64,000 nucleotides of DNA, from the NCBI RefSeq assembly GCF_004010195.1, contig NC_057720.1:7739117-7803116 (forward strand), in the 5' to 3' direction. Every line of letters begins with the position of its first letter. The first letter of the stretch is position 1. The notes under the pieces were generated by a model that did not search any database, had not been told where the DNA came from, and worked only from the letters and a program-made list of their open reading frames with translations. Positions 61,807-64,000 of this stretch are shown here, one piece after another. The translations under genes and the position numbers were made by a program. Origin of the DNA: Chiloscyllium plagiosum (lineage: Eukaryota).

Positions 61807-62154
61807 AATGGTTCCTCATTTCCCCTTCCCCCACCTCACCCCAGTTCCAAACTTCCAGCTCAGCACTATCCCCATGACTTGTCCTACCTGCCTATCTTCT
61901 TTTCCACCTATCCACTCCACCTCTCACTTTCATCCCCTCCCTGACTCACCTATTGTACTCAATGCTACTTTCTCCCCACCCCCCCTCTCACTTATCTCTC
62001 CACCCTTCAGGCTCTCTGCCTGTATTCCTGATGAAGGGCTTTTGCCCGAAACATCGATTTATTGCTCCTCGGATGCTGCCTGAACTGCTGTGCTTTTCCA
62101 GCACCATTCTAATCTAGACTCTGGTTTCCAGCATCTGCAGTCATTGATTTTACC
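61807..62154 (+). mobile_element. PLE family 1 terminal repeat with hammerhead motif, inserted in a CR1-group LINE
   Basis: CTGATGA(62028)-a-gggc-tttt-gccc-GAAA-c-ATC; TSD tggtttgga at 61798-61806 and 62155-62163. Confidence 0.85.
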
Positions 62155-63042
62155 TGGTTTGGACAGTACTGTCCGAGGACATTTGGTGAATTTCTGCTGC
62201 ACACTGCTGCTACTGAGCCTCGGTCATGGAGTGGATATTTGTGGATGTGGTGCCAATCAAGTGGGCTGCTTTGTCCTGGATGGTATCACTATTCTGGAGT
62301 GTTGTTGGAGCTGCACGCATCCAGAAAAAGGTGAGGAATATTCCATTACACTCGTGGCTTGCACCTTGTAGATGGTGGACAGGCTTTGGGGTGTCAGGAG
62401 GAGAGTTACTCACTGCAGTATTCCCAGCCTCACAAACTGACTGTCAGAACCTGATCAATACAGTCATAAGCTGAAACAAACTGAGCTAAAACAATCACTG
62501 AAATATCACAGCAGCAGGAATTCAGTTTCACCCGTTATGCCATCTGTCCAACAAGGACTTGATGGACTGAACAGCCTCAGTCAATGCCATGGTGATTCAT
62601 GGTCTCTAGGATCTGAGCCAGCCAATGTTAATCCAAATCTTCTCCTCACTCTCTTTTGGAAGTTCTGTCTTTAAACAGTATCAAATAGTTGCTTTTATCG
62701 AGTTTTGAGAAGATTTGTAGCTCAGGTTGAGGTTTTGGATGTGGGTTTGCTCGCTGAGCAAAATAAAGCTTTTATCAAAAATAAAGGATTGACTGACACA
62801 TTCCATTACAAGCAAGGAGCAGGGCTGTTCCAATCGGTCCAGTAAGCGTGCTGCCCCCGTTGAATCAGATACTGGCTGACCTGACTGTCAACTCAAACCC
62901 ACATTCCCTCGGAAAATCTTTCACCTCTATTTGTTACCAAGAATCTATCCACCTCGGCCCTAAAGAGCATCTTTTAGCAGAGAATTTCATCTTACAGTCT
63001 GAAAAGCCTTTCTTCAAAAGCGAAAGCATCCACACCGTCCTT

Positions 63043-63137
63043 AGAGAGAGAGAGCGAGAGCGAGAGCGAGAGCGAGAGAGAAAGAGAAAGGAGAAGAGAG
63101 AGAGAAAAAGAGAAAGAGAAAGAGAAAAAGAGAGAGG
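63043..63137. repeat. GA/GAGCGA purine-rich simple repeat
   Basis: Direct inspection. Confidence 0.9.
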
Positions 63138-63308
63138 CATTTAAGATCCAATGGTGCTTTTTTGAGTCGTTTTAGCAATTCATGCTTGCAAGGAGGCATT
63201 ACAAAATGGGATCAGTTGAACAAATTAAAAACCTGGGCCCAAAGAAAACAAGACTGAGCTCTCAAATGGAGCCCCTTGGGGCTTTCAATGGGGTTTACAG
63301 TGTCTAGT

Positions 63309-63437
63309 AGAAAGTGAGGACTGCAGATGCTGGAGATCGGAGTCAAAAAGTGTGGTGCTGGAAAAGCACAGCAGGTCAGGCAACATCCGAGGAGCAGGAG
63401 AATCGATGTTTCGGGTATAAGCCCTTCATCAGGAATC
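63309..63437 (-). mobile_element. PLE family 1 terminal element
   Basis: Minus strand: attc-CTGATGA-agggcttataccc-GAAA-c-ATC. Confidence 0.82.
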
Positions 63438-64000
63438 AGGTTTTCGATGTCTGCCCATTGGCGGAACGAACAGTTAAATCAAGACTCAAATCACACAGCT
63501 CTGCAGCAGATTCAAAATACATCAGGCGATTCTTCTTTCTGCAACAGATGCTAACAATACCACCCTGACGAGAGAGATTTAGAGCACAGCAGGAGACCAT
63601 TCAGCCCATTATAAGGCATTGACTCACTTAAAGGAGGAAGATTGGTGGTGTAATGGTAACGTCATTGAACTAGTAGTCATATTAAACTCAAAAAGGTTAA
63701 CTCTGCCTGTCTACCTGTCTTTCTCTCTCCCCACAGAGGCTGCCTGACCTGCTGCGTGTTGAAAGTGTGCGTTATGTTTGTTTCGGTATTCCAAAGCCCC
63801 AGGTTAACATTCTTGGGTTATGGGTTCAAATTCCACCACAGTAGATAGTAGACTTTGATTATAATCAAAATCTGAAAATGGTGACCATATGTTGATGGTT
63901 GTGAAAGCCCATATGGTTCATGACAGTCCTTTAGAGAAGGCGATCAACCATCCCCAACAGAGTGGCTCAGTGGTTAGCACTGCTACCTCATAGCGCCAGG

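Noticed and set aside
62848..63144. ER/RS-rich ORFs
   Set aside because: Translation of a GA-rich microsatellite.

Overview
Eukaryotic, repeat-dominated, apparently non-coding (intronic or intergenic) DNA from a cartilaginous fish. The V-SINE/HE1-type SINEs and CR1 (HER1-like) LINEs point to a shark; a bamboo or carpet shark is plausible but is my inference. I found no host protein-coding exon that I can support. The ORFs in the track are retroelement fragments, repeat read-throughs or run through N-gaps (15511-15897, 17590-18124, 31100-31149). The window holds about 20 HE1-like SINEs, more than 20 CR1 fragments, Deu-domain SINEs, two other tRNA-headed SINE families, L2, Rex/Babar and Tx1 LINE ends, Tigger-like MITEs, a probable solo LTR and a 23-bp satellite. 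The most interesting signal is the roughly 20-25 short Penelope-like (PLE) terminal elements from at least 4-5 sequence families. They carry minimal type I hammerhead ribozyme motifs (CUGANGA-stem II-GAAA-short palindromic stem III-NUH). Several occur as self-contained ~150-250-bp fold-back palindromes flanked by 11-14-bp target-site duplications (TSDs), and one family appears to carry a compensatory U3:A8 catalytic core. Family names come from recall of consensus features, not database searches, and most element boundaries are approximate.
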